DNA of 64,000 nucleotides from a virus (Duplodnaviria > Caudoviricetes), in the IMG/VR virus record IMGVR_UViG_3300042196_000163, positions 1 through 64,000 of that record. One strand, given 5' to 3'. The notes under the pieces were generated by a model, which had not been told where the DNA came from, ran no database searches, and saw nothing but the letters and a program-made list of their open reading frames with translations. Positions 9,948 to 19,547 of the stretch are shown piece by piece. Both the position numbers and the translations under genes were made by a program. Each line of letters starts with the position of its first letter. Within the stretch, counting starts at the first letter, position 1.

Positions 9948-10819
9948 TGCTCATCGCTGTTCCGGTCTGGGGCGAGTGGTATCACCAGGTTTTCCGTGAC
10001 TACGCTGTAAAATCGCATCGTGCGGCGATCGCGGCGCTCGGCGCGCCGGTGCGCTATCTCGTGCACACCGACGATCCCGATCGCATCCGCGCAACACTCG
10101 GGCAAGTGCCGATCGAGTTTCGTCCTGTCGACACCACCGAACACTATGACGCCTTCGGGGCCGCGCATCGCGACGCCATGGCCTTCGCCCGCAACGACGA
10201 GCCGATCATCTTCCTGTCGGCGGATAGCATCATCTCTTGCGAGGCGATAATCGCTGCGGCCAAACGTTTCGCCGCCGGCTATCGTCTGGTGATGTGTTCT
10301 GGCACCAGGGTCCTCGCTGATCCGACGATGCCAATCGGGGCGACGGCCGCACAGCTCAACGCGTGGGCGATGGAGCACATGCATCCGATCATCGCCGAGA
10401 CGGTGTGGCCCGCAATCTCGAGGATACCGGCGGTCCTGCACTTCCGACATGCCGGCGGCGTCGTTGCCCGGAGCTTTCATCTCCACCCGCTGGCGATGAA
10501 GAACGACCGCAGCTTGGTATTCAAGGGAACCGTCGACGGCGAACTCCCGAGCTGCTTCCGGGAAGAAGATATCCATGTGGTGGTCGATCCCGACGAGTTG
10601 GCCGGGGTCTCGATCACGCCGCCGTCGCGGCGGTTCGGCACGGCAGACGGACTGCGCCTCGACCACATCAGAAATTGGGCGGCCCGCCGCGCCACGCCGC
10701 GGCACTGGTGGTTTTTGAGGCACCGCATCGTCCTGACCGGAGACGGCGCGCAAAGCGAAGAAGAGGGCCGCATCATGAGCGAAATTCTTCGCGATAGCCC
10801 CGCGCGCTCGGCCTTATAG
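9947..10819 (+). CDS. Putative glycosyltransferase-like protein (GT-A-like)
   Basis: IAVPVWG start, LVHTD, FLSADSII (DxD-like region), FHLHP; located in the GT/MTase cluster. Confidence 0.45.
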   Translation: MLIAVPVWGEWYHQVFRDYAVKSHRAAIAALGAPVRYLVHTDDPDRIRATLGQVPIEFRPVDTTEHYDAFGAAHRDAMAFARNDEPIIFLSADSIISCEAIIAAAKRFAAGYRLVMCSGTRVLADPTMPIGATAAQLNAWAMEHMHPIIAETVWPAISRIPAVLHFRHAGGVVARSFHLHPLAMKNDRSLVFKGTVDGELPSCFREEDIHVVVDPDELAGVSITPPSRRFGTADGLRLDHIRNWAARRATPRHWWFLRHRIVLTGDGAQSEEEGRIMSEILRDSPARSAL

Positions 10820-10834
10820 GTCGGCGCGCGTTCA

Positions 10835-11692
10835 ATGCTGACGGCCGTCTACGATCTCGCGGTCTCACCGCCGACCTTCGACTGCGTCGGGTTCCTGGCG
10901 GCCGCGGATCGTTACCGGATCCAACTCGGCGACGAACAATTCAAGGTCGCCATTGTGCCGGGCCCCGATCACGGCTTCCGGGCCGATTGCCTCCCACCGC
11001 GCGCGCCTGAAAAGCGGATGACGATGCGCCGGCAAATCGTCGAGGCCGCCTGCGGGCTATTACCGGCTTGTATCGGCGTCGACATTGTCCAGCGCGCAGC
11101 CCTGCGGCTCACCGGCCCGGTGTTCCCGCTCGCCTATCATCCGGGCAACCCGGAAGCGCATTACGGCGCCGGCAGGATATTGGAGTCTTGTCGCGCCAAG
11201 CATTTTCCGTTCCGCGCCGAGCCGGCACCGCTGGCGCCGCGCACCGTGACGATGACGCTGCGCGAATCGCATTATTGGCCGCAGCGCAACAGCAACCGCT
11301 ACGCATGGCTTGCGGCCGGCGACCGTCTCATCGATTTGGGCTACCAGGTCATCATCATTCCCGACGTCGACAGCGCGCCGCTGCCCGGTCGTTTCGGCAT
11401 CGCCGATTTCGCCACCACCGATCTTCGGGCCCGCGCGGAGCTCTATGCCGGGGCCGCTGCGAACCTATTCATCAACAACGGCCCGGCCTGGCTGGCAACG
11501 CTCATGGACCGCGTGCCGGTCACAATTTTCAAGATGCTGGCCGAAGGCGCACCGGCGTGCTCGGCGCCGTTCTTTGCCGGTCATGGCCTGCATGTCGGCG
11601 CGCAGATCGGCCGGCCAGGGCACCGCATCGCCTGGGAGGACGATACCGCCGACGCGATCGTGCGTTCCTTCGAGGAGCGCGCCGCGGCATGA
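10835..11692 (+). CDS. GT-B glycosyltransferase-like protein (GT9-like)
   Basis: AELYAGAAANLFINNGPAWLA resembles the GT9 motif (A-x-L-x-I-x-x-DSGP-x-HLA). Confidence 0.55.
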   Translation: MLTAVYDLAVSPPTFDCVGFLAAADRYRIQLGDEQFKVAIVPGPDHGFRADCLPPRAPEKRMTMRRQIVEAACGLLPACIGVDIVQRAALRLTGPVFPLAYHPGNPEAHYGAGRILESCRAKHFPFRAEPAPLAPRTVTMTLRESHYWPQRNSNRYAWLAAGDRLIDLGYQVIIIPDVDSAPLPGRFGIADFATTDLRARAELYAGAAANLFINNGPAWLATLMDRVPVTIFKMLAEGAPACSAPFFAGHGLHVGAQIGRPGHRIAWEDDTADAIVRSFEERAAA

Positions 11693-12387
11693 GCCGGGGC
11701 ATCGAGGATCATTTCTGGATTCCGGAACGGCTCTGGGAAGGACAGACCGCGATCCTGTTGGGCGGCGGGGATAGTCTCCGCGAATTCGATCTCGAGCGGC
11801 TGCGCGGAATCAACGCCAAGGTGATGGCGATCAACGCGCTGGAGCTGCGCGCGCCGTGGAGCGCGGCGTGGTATTTCACCGACAATAATATTTTCGAGTG
11901 GTGGCGGCCGCGGATCGAGGCGTTCGAAGGCCTCGTCATCACGGCGTCACGCATCGCCAAGCGCGAGTTGCCCGAGAAAATCCGCCGCGTGCAGCTCGAG
12001 CCCGACAACAAGCCGGTACGCTTCATGCCGCCGGGCTGCCCCACAATCACCCATGGCCGATCGAGCGGGCATCTGGCGATCAGCGTTTCGGTGGCGCTCG
12101 GCGCGGCGCGGGTTCTGCTTTTGGGTTTCGATATGCGGGTCGTCGACGGCCGTTCCAACAGCCACGACGAATATCGCAAGCGCCGGGCCATCGGCTACGG
12201 CGACACCGACCCAGCGGTCTACACCGACGAATTCCTGCCGGCCTTCGCCGGCTGGCAGCGCGCAGCCGAACAGGCCGGCGTCGCGATCCGAAATTGCACC
12301 CCAGGATCCATGCTCTTGGAATTTCCGATGTCAACGATTGAGGTCGAGCTGGCGCGCCTCGGCGCGGCCCCGAGCCAGGCGGCCTGA
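11689..12387 (+). CDS. Maf/DUF115 (MptE-like) fold protein, putative glycosyltransferase
   Basis: ILLGGGDSL, VMAIN, SSGHLAI, LGAARVLLLGFD motifs; ATGA overlap with the previous gene. Confidence 0.6.
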   Translation: MSRGIEDHFWIPERLWEGQTAILLGGGDSLREFDLERLRGINAKVMAINALELRAPWSAAWYFTDNNIFEWWRPRIEAFEGLVITASRIAKRELPEKIRRVQLEPDNKPVRFMPPGCPTITHGRSSGHLAISVSVALGAARVLLLGFDMRVVDGRSNSHDEYRKRRAIGYGDTDPAVYTDEFLPAFAGWQRAAEQAGVAIRNCTPGSMLLEFPMSTIEVELARLGAAPSQAA

Positions 12388-12602
12388 TGACCACGTATGT
12401 GCTCCGGCTGCTGCGGGATTTGTGCATCAAGCCGATGCCGCATCTGCAGCGAAAGATGTTCGGCCGTCCGACCGGCAACGAGCCCGGCCGCGGCGGCTCC
12501 GGCGCCATCTCGTGCCCGGCCACCCCACCGGCCGCCGTCGCGCCAGCACCAAAAGCCGCACCGAAACGTCCATTGCCGGCCACCAAGTTTCGCCGCCACT
12601 GA
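12387..12602 (+). CDS. Small basic Pro-rich hypothetical protein
   Basis: Overlaps the previous stop codon (TGATG). Confidence 0.45.
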   Translation: MTTYVLRLLRDLCIKPMPHLQRKMFGRPTGNEPGRGGSGAISCPATPPAAVAPAPKAAPKRPLPATKFRRH

Positions 12603-12671
12603 CCTGCGGCCCGGCCGCTACCCGCAAATCCCGACACCGCCAACGCGCCTCTAGGCGCGCAAGGAGAGTCC

Positions 12672-15098
12672 ATGGCCAAGGAACCGCATATCGAAGACGC
12701 CAACACCCGGCTGACCGAGACCTTCGATACCACGGTCAGGTATTCGCGCTATTTCTCGAAGGGACGCGAGGCGCGCGCGCGGGGCTATCAGAAGATTCTC
12801 TACGAGGGCAATGCGGACGTCGCTGAGCCCGACCCGACGCGCACCGTCATCCTTGAGGCGCTCGCCGCGACGGCGGAGGAGGGCGCCGCGGCCGGCTTCC
12901 GCTTCCGCTATCGCACGACCGATGGGCCGGTCGCGCTTGGCGCCCGCATCCCGTGGGGCGTGGACTCGGATGGCGCCGATCCCGCAGAGCCCGAGGATTT
13001 CGTCGACGGCGTGTGGCCGGCCGGCGTCGCCGTGATCGCGCCGGGCGCCGAGATTTCCGACGAGTTCGGGTTCGGCGCTGTGGCCGATGATCTCGACGAG
13101 CTCGCGGAAGGCGCAAAGCTGGTCACGCGCGAAGGCATCGAGGGCAATGTCCGTCTCGGTGCGGCGAGCACGGCGCTGCTCGTGATCATGGACACGACAC
13201 CGACGCCAACGCCCCCACCGCCGCCGGAGCCGCTCCCGGACGTGACCGAGGTCATCAAGCTAGGCACGGTCGACGGCGTGCGCGGGCAGACCTTCGATGG
13301 CTCGAAGGCGCCGCAGACCCGCGACGTCGTCAAATACGCCCAGCCCCGCGCGCATTACAAACTCAATCCTGAGAAGGGCGCCCAGATCGTGGTCGAGGGG
13401 CCCGGCTTCATGGACACGCTCAACGACATCGAGCGCATCCGCTTCACGGACGGCGACTATGACTGCCTGACCGGCGCCATGGTCGGTGGTGAGCCGGCGC
13501 CGCAGCCGGAGCCCGAACCTGAGCCGGAACCGGTGCCGGAGCCCCCACCGCCGCCGCCCCCACCGCCGCCGCCAGAGCCGGAACCCGAGCCACCGCCGCC
13601 AGTCCCGCAGCCCGCCGGCAGCGTCAGCGCGCGTCTGAGCAACGGCGTGACGCTGACCGAAGCGGCCCCGCGCAGCGGTGACTGGTCCATGATCGTGCGC
13701 CGCGCCAGCGACCGCACGCAGGTCGACCTCGACTATGCCCGGGCCTTCACCGGGGCCAACGCCAACAGCCCGATCACGGCCTGGTCGGTCTATGACGGCG
13801 ACACGCTGATCGCAACGGTCAAGGTGCCGCGCTTCAACTGGCGGGGCCGCTCGCGCTGGGAGAGTGCGCCGGCGCCGTTCACGCGCTCGGTGGACGAAGC
13901 CACCGCCCAGGGCTTCTTCGCGAAATATTCGACGGCCGGGTTCAACAACGTCAACAAGCCGGGCAAAGTCGTTTTCACGCCGATGGGCAATGCCGGCCTG
14001 CGGATGAACATGGGCGAGACCGGCGGGCGCGCCGATATCGGGTTGCTGACCGGCTGGGCATCGGAGTTCCTGGCGACGCGCTCGGCCGACGCGGAAGCCA
14101 ATATGCGCGCGGTCGCCGAGGCCGCCGGCTCGATGCCGACCCTGGTGCGCGACGAAAGCACCGGCCGGGCCGTCAGCGTCCTGACCTATCCCAACATCAC
14201 GAACCAGGAGCTGCGCTTCAACGGCTCGCCGCGAATGACCTTCGTCGACACCGGCTGGTCGATGGACACCGCGCACTTCCCCGACGTCTCGTACCCGATG
14301 GCGGTGCTGACCGGCGACGAATGGCATATCGAAAACCTGCAGATGCAGGTGATGGCCTTCTTCGTGAACTCGGACCCGTTCTATCGGGAATCCGGCAAGT
14401 GCATCGTGATCCCGCTCCAGGTCCGCCATTGGGCCTGGCTGATCCGCCTGATCGCGCGCTGCGCCAAGATCTCGCCGATCGTCGCCACCGGCAACCTGCT
14501 GCCGCGCCAATACTTCCTGGACATCCTGGAAAACAATCGCAAGTGGATCATCGCGAACTACGTCAACAACCTGAACCGGCAGCAGTCGGTCTTCCACGAC
14601 ATCATGGACATGCCGGGCCAGCCGGCCGAGGGCGGCGCCGACATCCAGGGCTGCTATATCAAGATCTGGCAGGGCTTCTTCTGCGTCCAGGTCTGCGAGG
14701 ATCTGGTGCGCATGGGCTTCGCAGAATGGGCGGCGGTCGCGGATTGGTTCCTCGATCCGGTCCTCAAGCGGCTGCTGCCGAACACCGGCTGGAGCCGCGC
14801 CTATCCAGGCAACTATCAGGACGTCATCGGCGTCCGTAGCGGCTCGATCGTCACGATCGTCGGCAGCTACGCCGAGGCCTGGGCGCTGACGAGCAAGAAG
14901 TTCGGCCTGGTGGCGCCGGCGAACGACGTGCTCGGCAGCGGCTACCAGGATTGGAACTATCTCGCCAACGCGCTCGGCGCCGCGACGCTGGCGTCCTATC
15001 GCAACGCGCAGGCGAAGCAGGCGGCGGAGTGGCTGCGGCCGCAGCTGGCGAACTCGCCCTGGGGCGTCGACATGCAGCTCTGCTTCGCGGCGGCATAA
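12672..15098 (+). CDS. Large modular protein with Pro-rich linkers and a putative helical (toroid/lyase-like) C-terminal domain
   Basis: RBS AAGGAGAG; PEPE/PPPP linkers; DTLNDIERIRFTDG; GETGGRADIGLLTGW. Confidence 0.75.
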   Translation: MAKEPHIEDANTRLTETFDTTVRYSRYFSKGREARARGYQKILYEGNADVAEPDPTRTVILEALAATAEEGAAAGFRFRYRTTDGPVALGARIPWGVDSDGADPAEPEDFVDGVWPAGVAVIAPGAEISDEFGFGAVADDLDELAEGAKLVTREGIEGNVRLGAASTALLVIMDTTPTPTPPPPPEPLPDVTEVIKLGTVDGVRGQTFDGSKAPQTRDVVKYAQPRAHYKLNPEKGAQIVVEGPGFMDTLNDIERIRFTDGDYDCLTGAMVGGEPAPQPEPEPEPEPVPEPPPPPPPPPPPEPEPEPPPPVPQPAGSVSARLSNGVTLTEAAPRSGDWSMIVRRASDRTQVDLDYARAFTGANANSPITAWSVYDGDTLIATVKVPRFNWRGRSRWESAPAPFTRSVDEATAQGFFAKYSTAGFNNVNKPGKVVFTPMGNAGLRMNMGETGGRADIGLLTGWASEFLATRSADAEANMRAVAEAAGSMPTLVRDESTGRAVSVLTYPNITNQELRFNGSPRMTFVDTGWSMDTAHFPDVSYPMAVLTGDEWHIENLQMQVMAFFVNSDPFYRESGKCIVIPLQVRHWAWLIRLIARCAKISPIVATGNLLPRQYFLDILENNRKWIIANYVNNLNRQQSVFHDIMDMPGQPAEGGADIQGCYIKIWQGFFCVQVCEDLVRMGFAEWAAVADWFLDPVLKRLLPNTGWSRAYPGNYQDVIGVRSGSIVTIVGSYAEAWALTSKKFGLVAPANDVLGSGYQDWNYLANALGAATLASYRNAQAKQAAEWLRPQLANSPWGVDMQLCFAAA

Positions 15099-15110
15099 GG
15101 GCGGCCGCTT

Positions 15111-18101
15111 TTGATCCCCTGGCACGGCCGCAGTTTCAAGGAGCGCCTTGACCGGGCGCCGCTCCCGCGCTGCGCGCTGCTGCCGGAGATCAGCATCCTG
15201 GTGGGCTGGGTGGCAACGCAGGGTGGCGCCCCGCCGCCAAACGAAGCGCCAACCGACATACAGATTTCGAGCGCGACAATTGTCTCCGACGCGGCGTCGG
15301 GCACCGTTGTAGGCGCTTTGACTGCAACCGACGTCGATGATTCGTCCTTCACCTGGGAAATCATCAACGGGAATACAAAATTTGAGCTGTCTTCCAGCAC
15401 CGGCCTCACCGTCAATCTTCGCCGCAGCGCGACCGGCACTCTCTCGATCGGGGTCAGTGAAAACGTTCAGATCAGGATCACGGACGGCGGCCTGAACACA
15501 TATCAAGAAACACTGTCGATCGCCGTTACCGATCCTGCGGAGGTCGTGCAGGTCGATACGCTCACTATCACCAATCTGTCCGGCTCGACGCTGGCCACGA
15601 ACTTCGTCACCGATATCTTTGGGCTGGCCTTTAAGAAAGGCGACATCCCGAGCGGCAGTTACCCGCGCATCGAACTCTCGGATGGCACGCTGTGCCCGGC
15701 GACGTTCTCGAACTTTTCCACCTGGTCGGATGGTTCGCTTAAAAACGGATATGGCTTCTGCCGCGTGCCAGAAAGCTTGGCTGGCTCAGGCACCAAGACA
15801 CTCAACATCAAGAACAATGGCACGGCGCCGAGTGCGTCGGGCTTCACCACCGCCAACATCAACGCGTCCGCCAGCCGCGATTTCAAGGTGACGCTGACCG
15901 GCGTTGAGAATCTGTCGGGCGCGTTCACGTCGGCGCTCAACCAAGGCATCACCGACAACGACAAGATCTACAAGGATTGCGACGGCGACGCAGGCGCGAT
16001 CTGGGTCGTAGAGGAAGAATGCTCCGCTCATAGCCATTTGCTTGCCCGCCACTACATCCGTGTCGGCAAGGACGCCAGCGCCGCCGTCTATGACTGGCTG
16101 TGGTGTCCGCTGGTCTTCCAGCCGAAGATGAACACGGCAACGCCCTTGCGCCGCGCTTTCCAAATGGCCGTCTTTGATGGCGCCTCCGAATTCTCGACGG
16201 GCTATCACGGGTCCGGGACGGTCACGTATGCCGGCACGGCGTCTCGCCTCAACTGGACAGCACACGGGATGGCCAGCGGCGAGGGCTTCACTGTTTCGAA
16301 TTCCGGTGGAGCGCTGCCGGCTGGCCTGACCGCAGGCACCGTTTATTTCGCCAGCGTCATAACCGCGAACCAGATTGAGGTCTGGTCGAAGCCCATGCTC
16401 GGCGAGAATGGGTCCGGGGCTCTGGTCGCGTTTTCGACGAGCGGCAGCGGCACGCACACCGGCCAGCGCGTGACGGCCCTGGATCTTCATGGCGGTGTGT
16501 ACGGTATGCAGACCGATGGGAAATGGCAGTGGGTGGCAGGTTCGGCCGCCGCGCGTCCCAACCTTTCAATTCTCCAGAGCGCGGCTTACCAGCACTCAAC
16601 CAAACTGTTCCCGCCGTGGGATTTGACGCTAACGCCCGATGCGACGGCCTCAATCAATTATGCGCCCAACACGGCCGGCGACCAGCGCCGCTTCATCGGC
16701 GCGGGCGGTGGGCATCCACAAATCGGGTTATGGCCGATGTGGTCCATCATTCAGCTTATGCGTCGCGACACGACAAGCGAGCGTGTCGCCCGCGTCAATG
16801 GCCTCGTCAGCGCGCACCTGAACATTTGGGTCTATGACGAGACGACCAGGCAGTTTCCCGTCTACAACAACAAGAGCTATAGCGGGTTGCCGGCGTCGAG
16901 CCTCACCGTTCGATACAACGGCAATGGGGAAAACATCTCGGGGATGAATTGGCCGCCGTCGCAATGGGATCTCTTCAGCCAGTACGACACGTCCCACAAC
17001 TGCTCGGCGCCGACGCACCAGTTTCTCGTGTTCGGGGGCCCCGTCTACCGCGACATCGTCGCGAGCATGGCGGGCATGAGCACGCTTGGACGATATACCG
17101 ATCCTGGCGAGGGCCGGCAGATCACGGTCGGCCCCACCACGTATTACGCCAATGCGCTGTTCTTTCCGTCGCTGCCGCGCGTCGATGCGTGGTCCTTCCG
17201 TGATCAGGTCGGCAGTTTCCTCTTGCCCGATGCGCATCCTGATGGCACGGCGAGCACTGCGCATCTCCAAGATATGGCGACCGGCACAGCGGATTGTTAC
17301 GTCGCTTATCGAAACACCAAATCGGCACAGTATCGCTCAAGCGGCATCTATGAAAGCGCCACCCGCGCCGATGGACAGGGAAGCCCGTGGGCATACCCCG
17401 GGTATTTTGGCTGGGCCCTTGCCTGGGGCGCCGGCATTTCCGAGGATGCGGACATCACGACGGTCGCGCAGCACGTCGCTAACTTCTACGCCGCTATCAC
17501 CACCGCGCAAAGCATGTATGGCCTGACGACAGCGTACATGATGGGCGTCAACAACACCGATCATGGAAGCAACGCCAACGATTTCAGCGAGGCGACGGTC
17601 ATCACCGATCCCACCCTGATCTGTTTCCAGGGCGGGATAACGGCCACGACGGATGCAGGGACGGACGTGGTCACGCTGGTTCTGCCTGCCGGATCGCCGA
17701 CATTGGCCGACAACGACGTGATCGCCGTCAACAGCATCTCTGGCGCGCTGCCGGGCGGCCTCAACGGCTTCCAGCCCTACTACATGCGGGACGTGTCGGG
17801 GAGTACCGGCAAAGTCGCTGCCACGCCGGGCGGCACGGCGATCAATATAACGACGACCGGGTCATTCAATCCGATGATGGCGTTCCCGGGCGAGACGATC
17901 CCCAGCGGGTCGGATGGCATCACGCCGGGCGACAACTACGAGGGCAGCTACAGCGCGCTACACCACGCGACGATGTGCACAATGCTCGCGAACGGACTGA
18001 CGGGCCTGACGACCGCGAAGTCACAAAACGATACGATCATCGCCAATGGCACGCACGACTATCAGGTGAACCCCATTCACGCCTATCAGCCGACCTTCTA
18101 G
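15111..18101 (+). CDS. Large putative virion protein with a cadherin-like N-terminal repeat and a domain paralogous to 12672-15098
   Basis: PTDIQIS...GTVVGALTATDVD (cadherin-like); two GALP(A/G)GL...YY/YF repeats; start uncertain. Confidence 0.75.
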   Translation: MIPWHGRSFKERLDRAPLPRCALLPEISILVGWVATQGGAPPPNEAPTDIQISSATIVSDAASGTVVGALTATDVDDSSFTWEIINGNTKFELSSSTGLTVNLRRSATGTLSIGVSENVQIRITDGGLNTYQETLSIAVTDPAEVVQVDTLTITNLSGSTLATNFVTDIFGLAFKKGDIPSGSYPRIELSDGTLCPATFSNFSTWSDGSLKNGYGFCRVPESLAGSGTKTLNIKNNGTAPSASGFTTANINASASRDFKVTLTGVENLSGAFTSALNQGITDNDKIYKDCDGDAGAIWVVEEECSAHSHLLARHYIRVGKDASAAVYDWLWCPLVFQPKMNTATPLRRAFQMAVFDGASEFSTGYHGSGTVTYAGTASRLNWTAHGMASGEGFTVSNSGGALPAGLTAGTVYFASVITANQIEVWSKPMLGENGSGALVAFSTSGSGTHTGQRVTALDLHGGVYGMQTDGKWQWVAGSAAARPNLSILQSAAYQHSTKLFPPWDLTLTPDATASINYAPNTAGDQRRFIGAGGGHPQIGLWPMWSIIQLMRRDTTSERVARVNGLVSAHLNIWVYDETTRQFPVYNNKSYSGLPASSLTVRYNGNGENISGMNWPPSQWDLFSQYDTSHNCSAPTHQFLVFGGPVYRDIVASMAGMSTLGRYTDPGEGRQITVGPTTYYANALFFPSLPRVDAWSFRDQVGSFLLPDAHPDGTASTAHLQDMATGTADCYVAYRNTKSAQYRSSGIYESATRADGQGSPWAYPGYFGWALAWGAGISEDADITTVAQHVANFYAAITTAQSMYGLTTAYMMGVNNTDHGSNANDFSEATVITDPTLICFQGGITATTDAGTDVVTLVLPAGSPTLADNDVIAVNSISGALPGGLNGFQPYYMRDVSGSTGKVAATPGGTAINITTTGSFNPMMAFPGETIPSGSDGITPGDNYEGSYSALHHATMCTMLANGLTGLTTAKSQNDTIIANGTHDYQVNPIHAYQPTF

Positions 18102-18103
18102 CG

Positions 18104-18973
18104 CTAGGCCGCGGCAACCCGCCGACGGCTCTCCGCTACGGGCACTGCACCCGGTCTGGCAACGATACGCGACGTGATGGCGGCGAGGTCATCGCGCTGA
18201 TAGCCGCGGAAACGACGATCGAGAGATAGGTCGCCGAGCGCAACGCGCGCTCGCTCGCAGATTTCCGACTCTTGGGACGTCACGTCGAACCCCATGTTCT
18301 GGAGCATGGTCAGGTAATCCGAGTGCCGTAGCCGGTTCTGATAGAACAGCGGGTGGAAGTTGATCGCGTTCCAGGTCAGATCGCCGAATTTGAGGAAGTT
18401 GACCCGGCTGATCGACTTGTCCTTGTGCTCCCAATGATCCGAATTATCGACGATGTGCGCCATCACGCCGCCGGGTTTCAGGATGCGGCGGAACTGACGC
18501 AGGATCTTACGAAGGATGCCCGGCGGGATGTGCTCGAGGCACGCGCGCGACCAGATGACGTCGACAGACGCATCGGCGATCTCCGACCAGTCACACGGTG
18601 CCAGATAATCGAATTCTGAGAACTCGGCGCGCACGGCGTGCCCTTGCTTCACGAGCAGCGCCTTGGCGCGATCGAAATAGGCGCCGTCCATCAGCGCCTT
18701 GTCGTCGGTCATGATCACCTTGGCGGCGCCGGCTTCCTTGAACAGAAGCGGGATCAACGGCTGCCAGCCCGAGCCGAGTTCGAGAACCACAGCACCACGG
18801 ATGCGATCGCGACCGATCATCTCGATCAGACGCAGCCCGTCCTCGATGCAGCCGGGTTCATTCGCAGCGTCGCCCTCGATGCCGGAAATGCGGCGCTTCA
18901 ACGCACGAAGCTGAGACTGAAATGGCAGCGAGGCTAAGGCCAGGCTGCGGGCGTACTGAAGTTGCCAGCGCAT
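18104..18973 (-). CDS. Class I SAM methyltransferase (moron, antisense to the late operon)
   Basis: VLELGSGW, SRACLEHIP, RILKPGG motifs. Confidence 0.85.
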   Translation of the reverse strand: MRWQLQYARSLALASLPFQSQLRALKRRISGIEGDAANEPGCIEDGLRLIEMIGRDRIRGAVVLELGSGWQPLIPLLFKEAGAAKVIMTDDKALMDGAYFDRAKALLVKQGHAVRAEFSEFDYLAPCDWSEIADASVDVIWSRACLEHIPPGILRKILRQFRRILKPGGVMAHIVDNSDHWEHKDKSISRVNFLKFGDLTWNAINFHPLFYQNRLRHSDYLTMLQNMGFDVTSQESEICERARVALGDLSLDRRFRGYQRDDLAAITSRIVARPGAVPVAESRRRVAAA

Positions 18974-19087
18974 TGCGGAACTCCCCGGTTATTCGCCTTT
19001 GGAGTGTAGCACGTGCAGCGGCGGCATGGGTTAACGGGCGTCGACAACTAAGCGGCGGAAATCATTACATCTTTGCGGGGGCGCTCA

Positions 19088-19546
19088 ATGCGGAAACTGG
19101 CGGCCGAGTTCAATTCCGGGGAGTTCCACTTCTATCTGAACTCGACCGATGGGCGCGGCGACGGGACTCCGGAGCACCTCCACGACCTTGCTCACACGGT
19201 AATTCCGCTCTCGCCGATCACGCCCGTCCGCGTCGATGCCATCTTGACGACCGGCCCGACATGGCTTGATGCCGATCTATTCGGCTTTCTTCACGATGGA
19301 GTTTCGACGCCGGGTTTTCCCGCGCTGCAAGCCGGCGTCCTTCACCGAATCTCGGTCCCGTATTTCACTGTATGGACCGCCGATCTAGTTCGTGCGCGCG
19401 CCGAAGAAATCGCCGGCGCGCTCAACGCAGTCGAAGGCAAATGGCTCTGCGGCTTCTCGCGCTTCGGGCCTGGCGGAACAGGCCCGGATCTCTATCGCGC
19501 GGACCCGAAGGCGTGGACCGGCAACCCGAAGCCCTGCCGGGTCTGA
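19088..19546 (+). CDS. Hypothetical protein
   Basis: Open frame with phage-like codon usage; no motif recognised. Confidence 0.5.
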   Translation: MRKLAAEFNSGEFHFYLNSTDGRGDGTPEHLHDLAHTVIPLSPITPVRVDAILTTGPTWLDADLFGFLHDGVSTPGFPALQAGVLHRISVPYFTVWTADLVRARAEEIAGALNAVEGKWLCGFSRFGPGGTGPDLYRADPKAWTGNPKPCRV

Positions 19547-19547
19547 C

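Noticed and set aside
12645-12665. Extra copy of the junction motif (CTCTAGGCGCGCAAGG)
   Set aside because: The spacing differs from the consensus; it is better explained as a small hairpin CGCGCC-TCTA-GGCGCG next to an ordinary RBS.
13490-13620. Functional DNA repeat
   Set aside because: It is explained by a Pro/Glu-rich linker in the coding sequence.
13260-15506. Long antisense ORFs (also 5678-7039, 20671-22608, 55513-56901, 57004-58209)
   Set aside because: These are shadow frames opposite well-supported genes, expected in high-GC DNA, and carry no recognisable motifs.
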